In this document: positions 62,783-64,000 of the stretch, piece after piece
How positions within the stretch are numbered: the stretch's first letter is position 1
Layout: each line of letters starts with the position of its first letter
NCBI RefSeq assembly: GCF_009914755.1
Contig: NC_060930.1
Length of the DNA stretch: 64,000 bases
DNA from: the human T2T-CHM13v2.0 reference genome, Homo sapiens
Reading direction: 5' to 3' (one strand)
Made by a program: the position numbers and the translations under genes
Notes under the pieces: model-generated
The model's input: only the letters and a program-made list of their open reading frames with translations
What the model was told of the DNA's origin: nothing
Databases searched by the model: none

Positions 62783-63500
62783 TGAAACTGCCTTTGCAAA
62801 AATCATAACTGAGAAAATTATTACAGTGAAAGAGATCTTACCTAACCGACTCCATCTAACGTCTAACCTCCAAGCTGTCCTTTTCATTCCTGAGTTTGGG
62901 ATTAACTAACTTTGGGAGGAGCTTAGTTTATACTTTTGCTTTTAAACAAAAACAATAACAGCCCTTTCAGAAACAAACCCCTTTCCTGCCTGGGGACCAG
63001 ACTGCTTTTGCAGGACTAACAAATTAGCCACAAGATTATAAATTATGGTTTAGGAGTCATGCAGCTGGAAGCTACAAGATTCTAAACCTCAAATTGCTCC
63101 TGGGGATAAAATCACTATTTTAAAACCTAAGATCAATGCTTGAGCTATTTTGCAGACCCTGAACACAATGGATTAGCTGGCACCACCCATATAGATAAAC
63201 TGGATTATCTGGTCTTGAGTCCCCCACCCCACCACTCCCAGGAACTGATTTAGCACAAGAGGACAGCTTAGGCTCCCTATAATTTCATCTCTGACCCAAC
63301 CAAGCAGCACTCCCGACTCACTGGTCCCCTACAATCAAATTATCCTTAAAAACTTTGGTCCCCAAATTCTCAAGGAGACTGATTTGAGTAATAATAAAAC
63401 TCTAGTCTCCTGTAGCGCTGGCTCCTTATTGCAATTCCCCTGTCTTGATAAATCAGCTCTGTCTAGGAAGTGGACAAGGAGAGCCCGTTGGGTGGTTACA
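62783..63500 (+). mobile_element. LTR8/LTR8A solo LTR
   Basis: TGAAACTGCCTTTGCAAAA...ACAGTGAAAGAGATCT...GGTTACA. Confidence 0.8.
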
Positions 63501-63639
63501 ATAGGACAAACCAATAAAATATAAAGTATTAGAGACACTACCTGGGTTTCACGAACAGGTCAGAAAAAGTGTTTTCTTGGAAAACATCTGGATTCTGCTG
63601 CAGAGCAAGTATTTGCTTGTGTCTTCCCAGAGTATAAAA

Positions 63640-63930
63640 GCTGTCCTGTCCAAGATAGTTGCCACTAACCATATGTGAGTATTAAGCATTGGAAATGTGG
63701 CTACTCCAAACTGTGATGTGCTTTAAGTGTAAAATACACACCAGATTTCAAAGACCTAGTAAAATAACAAAGTAAAAACTCAATATTTTAATATTAGATA
63801 CCTTGTTGAAACAATTTTTGGTTACACTGGATTCAAATCATTAAAATAGATTTCTTTTTCCACTTTTTAAAATGTGCCTATTAAAAAATTTAAAATTACA
63901 TATGTGGACCCTATGTTTCTGAGGAACAGT
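63640..63930. mobile_element. MER33-like hAT DNA transposon
   Basis: GAAATGTGGCTA...GTGTAAAATACACACCAGATTTCAAAGAC. Confidence 0.6.
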
Positions 63931-64000
63931 GCCAGGACATAGAGGATAGTTATATTCACTCACAGATCAAAAACTAGCAAAACTATGAAATACCTAATAA

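Overview
Human (primate) genomic DNA from the start of the replication-dependent histone cluster HIST1 on 6p22. The locus is recognised from gene order and protein sequences. The window holds 8 intact, intronless, stem-loop histone genes in this order: H1-1(-), H3C1(+), H4C1(+), H4C2(-), H3C2(-), H2AC4(-), H2BC3(-), H3C3(+). An H2A pseudogene (H2AC5P) lies head-to-head with H2BC3. The first 28 kb is gene-poor and repeat-rich (Alu, L1, MLT/MER LTRs, a solo HERV-K LTR5), with a CpG island at about 3.8-5.0 kb that looks like a spliced lncRNA promoter. Reading the sequence directly also shows decayed histone genes. One is an internally deleted H3 pseudogene (28.3 kb) with promoter and stem-loop remnants. 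Another is a degraded H2A gene (31.5 kb) whose promoter is collinear with the H2AC4 promoter. That H2A remnant completes a mirror arrangement, H2A-H3-H4 -> <- H4-H3-H2A, which suggests an ancient inverted duplication. No tools were run: repeat subfamily names are by eye and repeat boundaries are approximate.
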